Below are positions 46,826-57,014 of a stretch of DNA of 64,000 nucleotides, piece by piece. This stretch comes from Ignavibacteriota bacterium. Its GTDB lineage: Bacteria; Bacteroidota; Ignavibacteria; UBA10030. The notes under the pieces were generated by a model. That model saw only the letters and a program-made list of their open reading frames with translations. It was not told the DNA's origin and did no database searches. Position numbers and translations under genes: made by a program. Every line of letters begins with the position of its first letter. The first letter of the stretch is position 1. The DNA is taken from positions 32,512 to 96,511 of the forward strand of contig PMML01000046.1 of NCBI GenBank assembly GCA_003162695.1. Reading direction: 5' to 3'.

Positions 46826-49381
46826 TTATAAAGGATTTAATTTTTTCTTTGCTCTTCCTTTTTTAATCCAATACGATATGCCCAGCAATATCAGCATTCC
46901 ATAGACAATAAGAGAAATCCAAAAACTTATTTGTTTACCTATAGAGAACATCTCCGGCTCAAATTTCATCGTCACCGTATGTTGGCCTACCGGCACGACA
47001 ACACCACGGAATAAATAATCCAACCGAAGAATTTCCGTTTCTTTCCCATCAATATATGCTTTCCAGCCTTTGGGATAGTACGCATCGCTTAAAAATAAAA
47101 GATTGTTTCCCGTAGCAGTGACGTGAATTTCCAACTCTTGCGTCCGATAACTTGTAACCGATGCGATTGCACCTTCTTTGGGTGCATCCAGCGTAGTCGA
47201 AAGATGCTGGAGTATATACGCCGTATTGCGCGGATCAAACGACATTGAAGCAATTTTACGGAGGGTGGCCATGCCGTCGGCAACCTCGCACGTGTTTACA
47301 AAAAAAGCATGCGGAAGGTAATATCGAAATGCATATACATTCGTTTGTCCGTCCTTATACACTCGCGTCAGCATGGCGCTGGAATCTTCCCTGTTGGTGA
47401 TAAGATATTTGATGTTCATTAATTGCCAAACAAGTGGATTTCCCATACCTGCAACATCAACCATATCTTGAAAAATTCGCATTTTTGCCGCGTGATAGCC
47501 GTATGCATTATAAAGCTTCCAGTATGCAAGCGTGTTGTCGTAAACCGGCTGGCCGTTTTCCAGCCTTAATACACGATATTGTGTCGTATCTTGCTGCAGA
47601 ATGTGTACATAATTGGGTGTTTCCACAGCTTGCCCTGCTTCTTGCGGAGTTATAGGATCATGCGGTTTGGATGCTATCCGCCAGAGATCGAACAAGACAA
47701 CAAGAATAAGAATGGCGTATACTGCTGTCGATTGCATTTTTCCCTTTTGATAATAGTAGAATGCGCCAAAGGTAACTCCCAGCAAGGCGAGAGCAATCAT
47801 AACATCCGCAACTACTGAGGAAAAAATAAAATCGAACATCATTCCAACAACTTCCAGATTCAACTGGCCGTATGAATGCGAAAGCGCTTTGCCGACATCC
47901 TGTAACGGAAAAAATGCTTGATACACCTCTTTGAAAAGATCTCTTCCTAAAAGAATGATAAGAAACATTCCCGCTATGCCGCCAAAAATATATTTCCATT
48001 GTTTTGCTTGTCCCGGAGTGATAGGTTTTCTTTCCTCCGGCAGGAAAGACAGTATGCCGTATCCTGCAAGGATCGGTATAAAAAATTGAACAAGCATCAA
48101 GATCATGGATGGGACACGAAATTTGTTGAAGACCGGGCAATAGTGATACATCAAATCGTAGATTATTGAAAATTCTTTCCCAAATGAGACCAGCAGTGAA
48201 AAAACAATAATTCCCCCCATATATTGGACCAGCGGTTCCCGTCTGTAGCGATAAAAGCCGATGATGGCAAAAACCAGAGCAATGATGCCCATGTATTGCG
48301 GTCCATCCACTGAAGGCTGCGGTCCCCAGTATAGATATAATTTGACCAATTGATTTTGTGTCAACGGTCCTTGATAAGGAAGCGGTCCGAAACCGTACCA
48401 CGACGGGATAAAAAACGTTATAATTTCTCCCGGACTAAACGACCAATTTGTTGCATAATCATAATCCAGTCCTCCTCCTATAGTTTTTGTAAGAGAAGTA
48501 TCCGCTGTGGTTTGAATCGGATTTGAACCGCGAATAGAATATGGATTGTACTCGAGTGTCGAAAAATTCTGTGCTGATCCCATAAGAAAAGCAAGCCCTG
48601 TCGCAAGCAAAAAGACTGCACCGCTTGCAATAACGTTTTTCAAATTTTCTTTTTTCCTCAACGCCCGAACAATATAGAAAAGAAAGTATGCGCCTAATGC
48701 AAGGTAAATATAAAATAAGAATTGCATGTGTGAACATTGCAGCATTAACCGGATAAACACAGGAAGTAAAAGAGCCAGAAAGATATTAAATTTTTCCCGG
48801 AGTTTGTCCGTAATGAGAAAGACATAGGGAAACCATGAAAGCACAGCAAGCTTGGTTGTGTGTCCCATCATAATATACATTGCCGTATAGGTTCCATACA
48901 TCGCCATGAGGGCAATAAGAACCGCAATCGATTTGCGCTTAAAAATCTGGTACACAAGAAGATACATGCCGATTCCATAGACAAGATAAAAGATGAGACT
49001 TGAACCCGAATTACGCTCGTTGAGAAAAAGGAACGACAATTCATTGCGTCCAACCCACTCCCATACACTGGTCGTTATATCAAAAGACTGAACAACCGGG
49101 TACGTAAGTGCGGCATATCCCGGCATACCGCAAAAGAGATAAGGATTCCAAAGTGGCACGCTTCCCTCATGCTGCGCCTCCTCGAGAAAAGTTTTCCATA
49201 CGGGAAGAGAATCCGATGATTGATAGACTTTTCCATCGAATACCAGTGCATGAAAAAAAATCAGTATGCTGAGATAAATAATCGCTATCGCAGCCGGATG
49301 TTGATATTTGTTTGGAATGATGGGCTGCTCGGCAGCCGTGTATCTTGCGGAGCGTGCTTGTTTGATGGGGGCATTTGCCAT
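46826..49381 (-). CDS. YfhO-family membrane glycosyltransferase (GT-C-like)
   Basis: The 851-aa polytopic protein carries the conserved YfhO-type motif GSVPLWNPYLFCGMPGYAAL and a large C-terminal extracytoplasmic domain. Confidence 0.7.
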   Translation of the reverse strand: MANAPIKQARSARYTAAEQPIIPNKYQHPAAIAIIYLSILIFFHALVFDGKVYQSSDSLPVWKTFLEEAQHEGSVPLWNPYLFCGMPGYAALTYPVVQSFDITTSVWEWVGRNELSFLFLNERNSGSSLIFYLVYGIGMYLLVYQIFKRKSIAVLIALMAMYGTYTAMYIMMGHTTKLAVLSWFPYVFLITDKLREKFNIFLALLLPVFIRLMLQCSHMQFLFYIYLALGAYFLFYIVRALRKKENLKNVIASGAVFLLATGLAFLMGSAQNFSTLEYNPYSIRGSNPIQTTADTSLTKTIGGGLDYDYATNWSFSPGEIITFFIPSWYGFGPLPYQGPLTQNQLVKLYLYWGPQPSVDGPQYMGIIALVFAIIGFYRYRREPLVQYMGGIIVFSLLVSFGKEFSIIYDLMYHYCPVFNKFRVPSMILMLVQFFIPILAGYGILSFLPEERKPITPGQAKQWKYIFGGIAGMFLIILLGRDLFKEVYQAFFPLQDVGKALSHSYGQLNLEVVGMMFDFIFSSVVADVMIALALLGVTFGAFYYYQKGKMQSTAVYAILILVVLFDLWRIASKPHDPITPQEAGQAVETPNYVHILQQDTTQYRVLRLENGQPVYDNTLAYWKLYNAYGYHAAKMRIFQDMVDVAGMGNPLVWQLMNIKYLITNREDSSAMLTRVYKDGQTNVYAFRYYLPHAFFVNTCEVADGMATLRKIASMSFDPRNTAYILQHLSTTLDAPKEGAIASVTSYRTQELEIHVTATGNNLLFLSDAYYPKGWKAYIDGKETEILRLDYLFRGVVVPVGQHTVTMKFEPEMFSIGKQISFWISLIVYGMLILLGISYWIKKGRAKKKLNPL

Positions 49382-49442
49382 TGTAGAATCTCACTCTGTA
49401 ATAATCGATATTATAAAAAAATATCTTCTATCGGCTTTTTGT

Positions 49443-50192
49443 TTATCGTTTTGGCGAAACAAATTGCAATGAATGCAGTATATTCCATTTTTGAAGGCGA
49501 AAAAGAACGGCTGTGATTAAACAGCCGATTCCATATTTTATGCTGCTTATGAAATTGATGGAGGAAGCCTCTGCAAAATATTTCGTGGGACATGTAATCT
49601 CACCTATCCGAAACTCCGCATAAATTGCCTGGGCAAGAAATTGATTGTCGAAGACAAAATCATTGGAGTTGTTTTCCCATGGAATGTTTTCCATAACCTG
49701 GCGCGTGTAAGCACGGTATCCTGTGTGATATTCAGAAAGTTTTGCTCCCATCAATATGTTTTGTATCAGGGTAAGAAAGCGATTGCTGATATATTTATAG
49801 ATCGGCATTCCTCCCTGTATTGCTTTGCCCCCAAGAATACGCGATCCGAGTACAAGATCGTATTCGCCCGACAAAAGAAGGTAGACCATCGCTCCGATAA
49901 GTTTCGGTGTGTATTGATAATCCGGATGGAGCATAATGATAATGTCGGCCTTTGAATCAAGGGCTGCCGTGTAGCAGCTTTTCTGGTTGGCGCCGTAGCC
50001 GGAATTTTTTTTATGGATAATAGTCTTAATTTTTAATTCTTGAGAAATTTTCGCGGTGTGATCGGTGCTGGCATCGTCCACAAGAATGACTTCGTCCACA
50101 AGTTCCAGAGGAATTTCCCTGTACGTATTGACAAGTGTCTTTGCGGCATTATAGGCGGGTAAGACCACGACAACCTTTTTTTCTCTTACCAT
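49443..50192 (-). CDS. GT2 glycosyltransferase (polyprenyl-phosphate sugar synthase-like)
   Basis: The sequence VVVVLPAYNAAKTL...VDEVILVDDASTDHT and the DxD motif (MLHPDYQ) are present. The start is at the internal Met (MVREKK) of ORF 49443..50288. Confidence 0.8.
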   Translation of the reverse strand: MVREKKVVVVLPAYNAAKTLVNTYREIPLELVDEVILVDDASTDHTAKISQELKIKTIIHKKNSGYGANQKSCYTAALDSKADIIIMLHPDYQYTPKLIGAMVYLLLSGEYDLVLGSRILGGKAIQGGMPIYKYISNRFLTLIQNILMGAKLSEYHTGYRAYTRQVMENIPWENNSNDFVFDNQFLAQAIYAEFRIGEITCPTKYFAEASSINFISSIKYGIGCLITAVLFRLQKWNILHSLQFVSPKR

Positions 50193-51099
50193 GAAGCGAA
50201 TACTTTCACTGAAGTGGACTAAAAGATTTATGGAACGAGATATTCCAATATACGAAAATGATATATTCCATGCATGCAGGCAGATCAAAATTTCAAAGCA
50301 ATAAATCTAAAATTATCCTCGACGTATCGCCGCAATTGAGCAGGAAGGCCGGTACGGTGGAGCTAGGAAAGCTGCTTGAAAGATACGTAAAGGAATTCGA
50401 AGCTAGCTCAATCAAGTCGGTCACAATAATCATCGGTTGCCGTTAAGCAATAAAGTAAAGAAGAATCATCCATCAACGAATCAACAAAAGAGTAAACGCG
50501 CCGCCGGCTGACAACCCGGACCCGCAGGAACATCGTTGAAACAAATCGCTCATTAAGGATATTGTGGAAAATCTTTGAGGCATGTGCAATCGTGATCAAT
50601 AGCCAAATGTCAAGTGATCGATATTCCGCGGCTCAAGGCCGTGGCAACAGAACATCGAAGTGAAACCAAATAGTGTGCCTATTTGAAATACGGTGATGCA
50701 AGTGCCTTTTTCCGGGAATGCTGCTAAAGTCGTTCGATATGAGAACCTTTTCAAAAGCATTGCAACATATTGATACACCAAAAATTAAAAACCGCAGCGT
50801 GGACTGCATAGTTTGCTAAAGTGATTTACAAATACGCCCCATCTGCCGCTTTAAATATGAGACTTTTAAGGCTCTTATTTTCGTGTGCTTCAGGGCAATA
50901 GCAATTTGAAAACGAAAGACTAAGATCGACAAAGTCTATCGTTAAATCAGAGAAAGGCGTAACAAATGCTGCGATAGTAAATATTGTCAGAGGCGAAGAA
51001 TTTACTTTGCGAATACTTCAGGTTGAAGACACGCTTGGAAGAGGCATGTAAAAGAAAACTTTAACTATACCGATAAAAACATCCGTCTCATCTTACAGC

Positions 51100-52038
51100 C
51101 TAAAAAGTCAGATCACTAATGAGTTTTCTTTTATTGTTCAATAAATCTATTACCGGCAGATGAGCTATAAGTTTGATACGTTCATCTCCACGAATATACG
51201 TTAGATGTCCGGTTTTATCTTTTGATTGTCTTGCCTTACTTAAAACATATCCGTCCTTATAATTTAACGGCTTGAGCTTCTTTGCAACGTCATGTCGTGC
51301 GAAAAACGCATTCGAACCGTCTATACTGGATCCCACGAATATATATCCTTTTCGTTCTGCAAGAATGCATAATGCCCTGAGAGATGCACCGAAGTAAAGA
51401 CAAGAGAAGTGTGCTTCAAGTCGATTGAAATTTTCATCGTATGGAATAGTTACAGCTTCTTTACTGCCGAAAATGCTGTTATATTCGCAAATTACTATTC
51501 GAGGAGAAACAATGTCGATAGCTTCCCATATCCAATAATCATTGCCGTCTATATCGATGCTTAATATGCCGATATCGCCGTTCATACCCTGGGTTTGTAT
51601 TAAGCGATTAATATTTTGCCGGGTTACAAATGCCTGAACTGCAGATAGATCATGCCTCCAGTATATTTCAGACGACTGAATTTTCTTGATATTTGCAGGA
51701 TCCGAATCCATGATAAGGCCGCGCCAATTATTATTCATTAATAAAAAGCGCGTATTTGATTCCCTATAATCTTCAATTCCGAATTCAATAAAAATATTAT
51801 TTTCTATAGGTACCTTAGCGATGAGAAATTGAATAATTCCGTCTTCGTCCCATTGAGAAAACACCTTAAACCCAATATCCGACAATTTCCGGGGGTATCT
51901 TTGCGTGTTGTGGATATCCTTAATTAAAAGCTTTGCGGTCAGAATTCGGCTTTGTTCGATATAATTCTCTATGACGCTTAATCTGTAGTTCAGCGGTGCA
52001 GCGTAGGGCTTTAATAACTTTTTTATAATTTTTTTCAT
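51100..52038 (-). CDS. Hypothetical protein (possibly FkbM-like methyltransferase fold)
   Basis: The start is taken at MKKIIKKLL. The segment ILSIDIDGNDYWIWEAI loosely resembles the FkbM-family xIDIEGxE motif. The assignment is tentative. Confidence 0.4.
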   Translation of the reverse strand: MKKIIKKLLKPYAAPLNYRLSVIENYIEQSRILTAKLLIKDIHNTQRYPRKLSDIGFKVFSQWDEDGIIQFLIAKVPIENNIFIEFGIEDYRESNTRFLLMNNNWRGLIMDSDPANIKKIQSSEIYWRHDLSAVQAFVTRQNINRLIQTQGMNGDIGILSIDIDGNDYWIWEAIDIVSPRIVICEYNSIFGSKEAVTIPYDENFNRLEAHFSCLYFGASLRALCILAERKGYIFVGSSIDGSNAFFARHDVAKKLKPLNYKDGYVLSKARQSKDKTGHLTYIRGDERIKLIAHLPVIDLLNNKRKLISDLTF

Positions 52039-52311
52039 ATAATTTTCTGATATAAAATATATATTTATCATAGGTTTGTCAAGAGAACGACATCTCCGGC
52101 AAATATGGTCTATAAGTTTGCAGATGCTGCATGATTTGAAGTGATCTTGCAGAATCGATATCGCTCTTTAATACGCTGTTTTATCGTTCTATTCACCAAC
52201 AATCCTGCCGAGCGGGATTTACGAATGTCAAAAGTAAAAATGAAACCATCGGTTGTTCCGGAAGTCCGATTGTTGCGAATATATTTTGCTGACTGCCGCA
52301 GGCAGTGCATG

Positions 52312-53046
52312 TTATTTCACGATCTTCAATGCGACTTGTAAATAATTGTTCACAGCACCTATTAATTTGGTCTTGATGTAGAATGAATCTGAGAAACACT
52401 TGTAAGCAAAAAACTCGTGGTTGGGGACGTTGAATTCGTCAAAAATTATGATGTCTCCCTCTTTTAGATATCTTGCGATTGATGTGAGCACAAAATGCGC
52501 TGAAGAAAATAGATCCGCATCGAGATGAACAACCATTCTTTTGCCGTCATCGAGATTATATTTCTTTAAGAATCCAAAAAGCGTTTCCTGGAAGAGTCCT
52601 TTGATAAACTCTGCTCTTGGATCCTTCGAGATCGGGACCGAAGAATGCATTTCTCCCTTTTTAAAAAATCCCCAATTTTCCGGCAATCCTTCAAAAGTGT
52701 CGAAGCCATAAAATCGTGAATCACTGTTCTTGTTTGCATTCAACCACCAAGAAAAGGAGAGACCGCTGCTTACCCCAAATTCCAAGTAGATAATCGGTTC
52801 AAATTGGACGTTCTCTTTTTGTGATACATAATCGTAAAGTTTATAACGCTTATTATGATCCCGAAATGGGTTGTAAAAATCATTTAAGATGTTTTCACGA
52901 GGTTGTTGATAAATCCACTGCGTAAGCCGCAACGTGTTGGCGAAGAAAATAAACGGATTGCTGAGGAAGTAAAGAAATGCCCCGGGTCGCAAGAAAAGGA
53001 CGATTCCTTTTATAAATGAATTGACTTTTATAATTTGTTTTCTCAT
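52312..53046 (-). CDS. TylF/MycF-family SAM-dependent O-methyltransferase
   Basis: The sequence YLEFGVSSGLS...SRFYGFDTFEGLP matches the macrocin-O-methyltransferase family motif (DSFxGLP). Confidence 0.7.
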   Translation of the reverse strand: MRKQIIKVNSFIKGIVLFLRPGAFLYFLSNPFIFFANTLRLTQWIYQQPRENILNDFYNPFRDHNKRYKLYDYVSQKENVQFEPIIYLEFGVSSGLSFSWWLNANKNSDSRFYGFDTFEGLPENWGFFKKGEMHSSVPISKDPRAEFIKGLFQETLFGFLKKYNLDDGKRMVVHLDADLFSSAHFVLTSIARYLKEGDIIIFDEFNVPNHEFFAYKCFSDSFYIKTKLIGAVNNYLQVALKIVK

Positions 53047-53644
53047 ATCATCCTTTCTGTTGAAATATGTCCTTTTCCCGTAAAATGATCGAGCCTTTGA
53101 GGATTCTTTCAGATTATTACTTTCTTATCGTTTCCCTTCATTCCGATAGAGATGAAAAACTGTTTGTCGCTCATATGTGCCTCTTCATCGTCGTTTTCTT
53201 CCGGTTTTTACCTTGTTGCCGCTGCTCTCTCTAATACTCATGGCTGTCCGATAATTTAAAATCTGGAAGGAACCTGCAGAGCGTAACATTTGATCGTGTT
53301 CAGTTAAAACTCATTTTCAAAGTTGCAATAAATCCACTCTTTTGTCAAGCTTTGAGAGTGTCATAATTCAGAAATTTTCCCTTAAAAGGGAATCTGCATT
53401 CTCAGGTAAATTTCTTTATGGTCCTTTTTCATCGGGTAGAATACGAGGCCGTGGCGGATGAATAAAAAAACTTACAGTATTCGGGAAATTATCCCGTGTT
53501 TCTTCTTAAAACTGCTAAAGACAGGATAATCTCTACCATTTTAATAAATTCTGTCTTATACTATAGTATGGCATACAAATTGAAACTTAAAAGTATGGAA
53601 AAAACATTGAAAAACAATCCGAAGAACACCGAAAGAGAAAATTT

Positions 53645-53875
53645 ATGATCCATGGAACCATTGTTGTTGCCAAGGATATTTGTAAAGCGTGTGAACTTTG
53701 TATCACTGCCTGTCCGCAGGAATGTCTCGAACTTTCGCCGCATCTCAATGAAAAAGGATACCGCTACGCTCAATTAAAGAACGATACCTGCACCGGATGC
53801 ATCAATTGTGCAATTGTCTGTCCTGACAGCGCTATCACGGTCTATCGGGAATCAAAAAAAAAGAACGCATCTTAA
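53645..53875 (+). CDS. 2-oxoacid:ferredoxin oxidoreductase delta subunit (2x[4Fe-4S] ferredoxin)
   Basis: Two CxxCxxCxxxCP motifs are present (CKACELCITACP; CTGCINCAIVCP). The protein is 76 aa. Confidence 0.85.
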   Translation: MIHGTIVVAKDICKACELCITACPQECLELSPHLNEKGYRYAQLKNDTCTGCINCAIVCPDSAITVYRESKKKNAS

Positions 53876-53895
53876 TTGCACGAAAACAAGAAAGT

Positions 53896-54984
53896 ATGGA
53901 TATGGCGATAGAAAACGGAAAAGAAATGAGACTGATGAAAGGGAACGAAGCGCTTGCCGAAGCGGCTTTTCGTGCAGGTATGAAAGCCTACTTCGGTTAT
54001 CCCATCACACCGCAGTCGGAAATTTTGGAATATCTGGCTTTCCATGCCCCGGAGCATCCGGATGTGGTTGTCTTACAAGCAGAAAGCGAGCTTGCCGCAA
54101 TTAATATGGTCTATGGTGCATCCGGTGCCGGCGCCCGCGTCATGACTTCTTCTTCAAGTCCCGGGATCAGTCTTATGCAGGAGGGATTGTCATATATGAC
54201 CTCAGCGCATTTGCCGGCATTGATCGTCAATGTACAGCGCGGAGGGCCGGGTCTCGGCACTATCCAGCCGTCCCAGAGCGATTATTTCCAGGCGGTCAAA
54301 GGCGGGGGACATGGAGATTATCATTTACTCGTTCTTGCACCTGCTTCAGTGCAGGAAATGGTCGATTTCGTTTTTGAAGGATTCCGTTTATCGGAAAAAT
54401 ACCGCAATCCGGTTATGATTCTTGCCGATGGCGCACTAGGACAGATGATGGAAAAGGTGGTTCTTCCGCCGGCCGGCACGCTCCCGAAAGCCGACGTGTC
54501 ATGGGCCTCGACCGGCAAACCTGCTGCGCGCGAGCGCAACATTATCACGTCGCTTTTTATTCAGCCGGAAAAAATGGAAATGATCAATCTTGGGCTGCAG
54601 GAAAAATATAAAAAGATGGAAAGCGAGATTCGGTACGAACTGATCGAATGCAATGATGCGGAAATCGTTCTTGTTGCGTTCGGATTGACTGCACGGATTT
54701 GTCAAAAAGTCATCGAATTAGGACGCGAAAAAGGCATAAAAATAGGTTTGGTCCGGCCGATTACACTTTTTCCGTTCCCCTATGACATTCTCAATCGTAT
54801 GGCGGATTCCGTCGAAGCGTTCCTTGCGGTCGAAATGAATGCCGGACAAATGCTGGAAGATGTACGACTCGCTGTCAACGGAAAGAAGCCGGTGCATTTT
54901 TATGGACGGACCGGCGGAATGATTCCGTCGCCGGAAGAAGTGCTTCGCAAAGTCGGCGCAATTATCGAACGCGTTCTCGTATAA
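53896..54984 (+). CDS. 2-oxoacid:ferredoxin oxidoreductase alpha subunit (Kor/Por/Vor A)
   Basis: The sequence EAAFRAGMKAYFGYPITPQSEILEYLA is characteristic of the alpha subunit. The protein is 362 aa. Confidence 0.9.
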   Translation: MDMAIENGKEMRLMKGNEALAEAAFRAGMKAYFGYPITPQSEILEYLAFHAPEHPDVVVLQAESELAAINMVYGASGAGARVMTSSSSPGISLMQEGLSYMTSAHLPALIVNVQRGGPGLGTIQPSQSDYFQAVKGGGHGDYHLLVLAPASVQEMVDFVFEGFRLSEKYRNPVMILADGALGQMMEKVVLPPAGTLPKADVSWASTGKPAARERNIITSLFIQPEKMEMINLGLQEKYKKMESEIRYELIECNDAEIVLVAFGLTARICQKVIELGREKGIKIGLVRPITLFPFPYDILNRMADSVEAFLAVEMNAGQMLEDVRLAVNGKKPVHFYGRTGGMIPSPEEVLRKVGAIIERVLV

Positions 54985-54992
54985 GGTGCAAT

Positions 54993-55757
54993 ATGGAAAA
55001 TGTCGTGACAAAAAATGAAATGGAAATAGTTTATAAAAAACCGAAGACAATCACCGATACTCCGATGCATTATTGTCCCGGCTGCGGGCATGGTGTCGTC
55101 CATAAGATCTTGATGGAAGTGATCGACGAACTCGGTATTCAGGACCAAACGATCGGTATCGCACCTGTCGGCTGCGCTGTCTTTGCATACGATTATATGA
55201 ATATCGATATGCAGGAAGCTGCGCACGGCCGCGCAAGCGCGGTTGCAACAGGAGTCAGACGAGTACTGCCTGATAAATATGTGTTCTCGTATCAGGGGGA
55301 CGGCGATCTGGCGGCTATTGGAACCGGAGAAACAATCCATACCGTGAACCGCGGTGAAAATATTTTGATGCTGTTTATTAACAACGGTATATACGGTATG
55401 ACCGGCGGGCAGATGGCTCCGACATCTCTCATCGGTATGAAGACCACGACATCGCCGTACGGCCGCGATGCTGCACAGGTGGGAAATCCGATAAAAATTA
55501 CGGAGCTTATCGCACAGCTTCCCGGCGCGTACTATGTAACGCGTCAGGCGGTACACACGACGCAGGCGGTTCGCAAATTAAAAAAAGCAATAGAAACGTC
55601 GTTCAAGTATCAAAAAGAAAAAAAGGGGACATGCTTTATTGAGGTCGTTTCCAATTGCCCGTCCGGATGGAAAATGACGCCTGTGGAAGCAAACGTGTGG
55701 CTGGAAAAAAATATGTTTCCGGTGTACCCGCTGGGCGATATAAAAAGTCCGAAATAA
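54993..55757 (+). CDS. 2-oxoacid:ferredoxin oxidoreductase beta subunit (TPP-binding)
   Basis: The sequences YCPGCGHG and the TPP-binding GDGD are present. The protein is 254 aa. Confidence 0.9.
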   Translation: MENVVTKNEMEIVYKKPKTITDTPMHYCPGCGHGVVHKILMEVIDELGIQDQTIGIAPVGCAVFAYDYMNIDMQEAAHGRASAVATGVRRVLPDKYVFSYQGDGDLAAIGTGETIHTVNRGENILMLFINNGIYGMTGGQMAPTSLIGMKTTTSPYGRDAAQVGNPIKITELIAQLPGAYYVTRQAVHTTQAVRKLKKAIETSFKYQKEKKGTCFIEVVSNCPSGWKMTPVEANVWLEKNMFPVYPLGDIKSPK

Positions 55758-55786
55758 TGTCTTGAAACAAGGAAAGCGATCAGATC

Positions 55787-56356
55787 ATGAAACAGTCACA
55801 TGAAATTATCATTGCAGGATTCGGCGGGCAGGGTGTCCTTTCCATGGGACAGATCATTGCTTATGCGGCAATGAAAGAAAATAAGGAAGTAAGCTGGATG
55901 CCTTCTTACGGACCGGAGATGCGCGGGGGAACGGCAAATTGCGTCGTAATCGTTTCCGAGAAACGCATCAGCTCTCCTATTGTAACAATGTTCGATACTG
56001 CGATAATTTTAAATCAGCCGTCGCTTGACAAATTTGAAAGTACGGTCTGTCCCGGAGGTCTTTTAATTTTTGAAAAATCGACAATTATTAATCCGCCCAA
56101 AAGAAACGATATTGAAATCATCGCTCTGCCGGGACTTGAAATTGCACAGGAATTGACGAGCAAACAGGTAGCTAATATGGTTTTGCTCGGCGCTTTTTTA
56201 GAACGCAGACCGATTGTGAAACCGGAAAATGTAGTGAGTGCTCTGAAAAGTGTTTTGCCGGCTCACCGTCAGTACTTGATTCCGATCAACGAGCAGGCGT
56301 TGAAAAGAGGGAAAGAACTTGTCATGGAAAGCGCCGGCGAACCGGTCGCAAAATAA
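55787..56356 (+). CDS. 2-oxoacid:ferredoxin oxidoreductase gamma subunit
   Basis: The sequence IIIAGFGGQGVLSMGQIIAYAAM is typical of the gamma subunit. The protein is 189 aa. Confidence 0.85.
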   Translation: MKQSHEIIIAGFGGQGVLSMGQIIAYAAMKENKEVSWMPSYGPEMRGGTANCVVIVSEKRISSPIVTMFDTAIILNQPSLDKFESTVCPGGLLIFEKSTIINPPKRNDIEIIALPGLEIAQELTSKQVANMVLLGAFLERRPIVKPENVVSALKSVLPAHRQYLIPINEQALKRGKELVMESAGEPVAK

Positions 56357-56386
56357 ATTCTTCGTAGTTATGCGGGATCGAAAGCC

Positions 56387-56653
56387 ATGGAAAATAAAAA
56401 ATTTGAATGCATTTATGCCTGCCGCAATACATGCAGTATGCTGGATGAAGCAATGCGGGATGAGACTGCGATGATGAGATTCTATGAACGGATGATAAAT
56501 GAATGTACATATCCAGATGTTCAGGCATTTATTCGTGAAATATTAGAAGAGCGCAGCAGCATGATACTCCGCATCGTACAAAAACTCAATGAATTAAAGG
56601 TTCGCGGACAAACAATAGAGGATGTTCGTTCGAGTTTTAACCCCGTTGCCTAA
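56387..56653 (+). CDS. Hypothetical small Cys-containing protein
   Basis: 88-aa ORF immediately downstream of the oxidoreductase operon. It carries CIYACRNTC and a fourth Cys. No family was recognised. Confidence 0.35.
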   Translation: MENKKFECIYACRNTCSMLDEAMRDETAMMRFYERMINECTYPDVQAFIREILEERSSMILRIVQKLNELKVRGQTIEDVRSSFNPVA

Positions 56654-57014
56654 CCTGTCCTTTTTTAACCATATTCCAAGATATGAACAGTATTTTTCAC
56701 ACTTCTACTATGCCTTGGAAAGTATTCTTTCTTGCGATGTTCTGTTGCATAAAATCTATGCCAAAAGGGAACATGAAAGTTGCCGAGTAATTCTAAAAAA
56801 ATCGCTGTTTTAAGCTGATATTAAGGCGTTTCTATAAATAACATCCAAGTTTTCCGGTGCTTGCGGGATTTTGGCCATGAATCAAGACCGGATAATTTAC
56901 CGGTGAAAATCTATTCTTATCCTCTATTTGCTTTTGGCGGGATTATTTCACAACATCTCGCCATAGAATATCTCCCAATGGTAACATGAGCATTTTGAAT
57001 GAAGAGGAACGTTT

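Noticed and set aside
50289-51099. Looked for tRNA, tmRNA, SRP or RNase P RNA in the largest non-coding gap
   Set aside because: I could identify no cloverleaf-compatible arms (no T-loop GTTCRANYC with flanking stems) or conserved ncRNA boxes. I cannot exclude a novel sRNA without tools.
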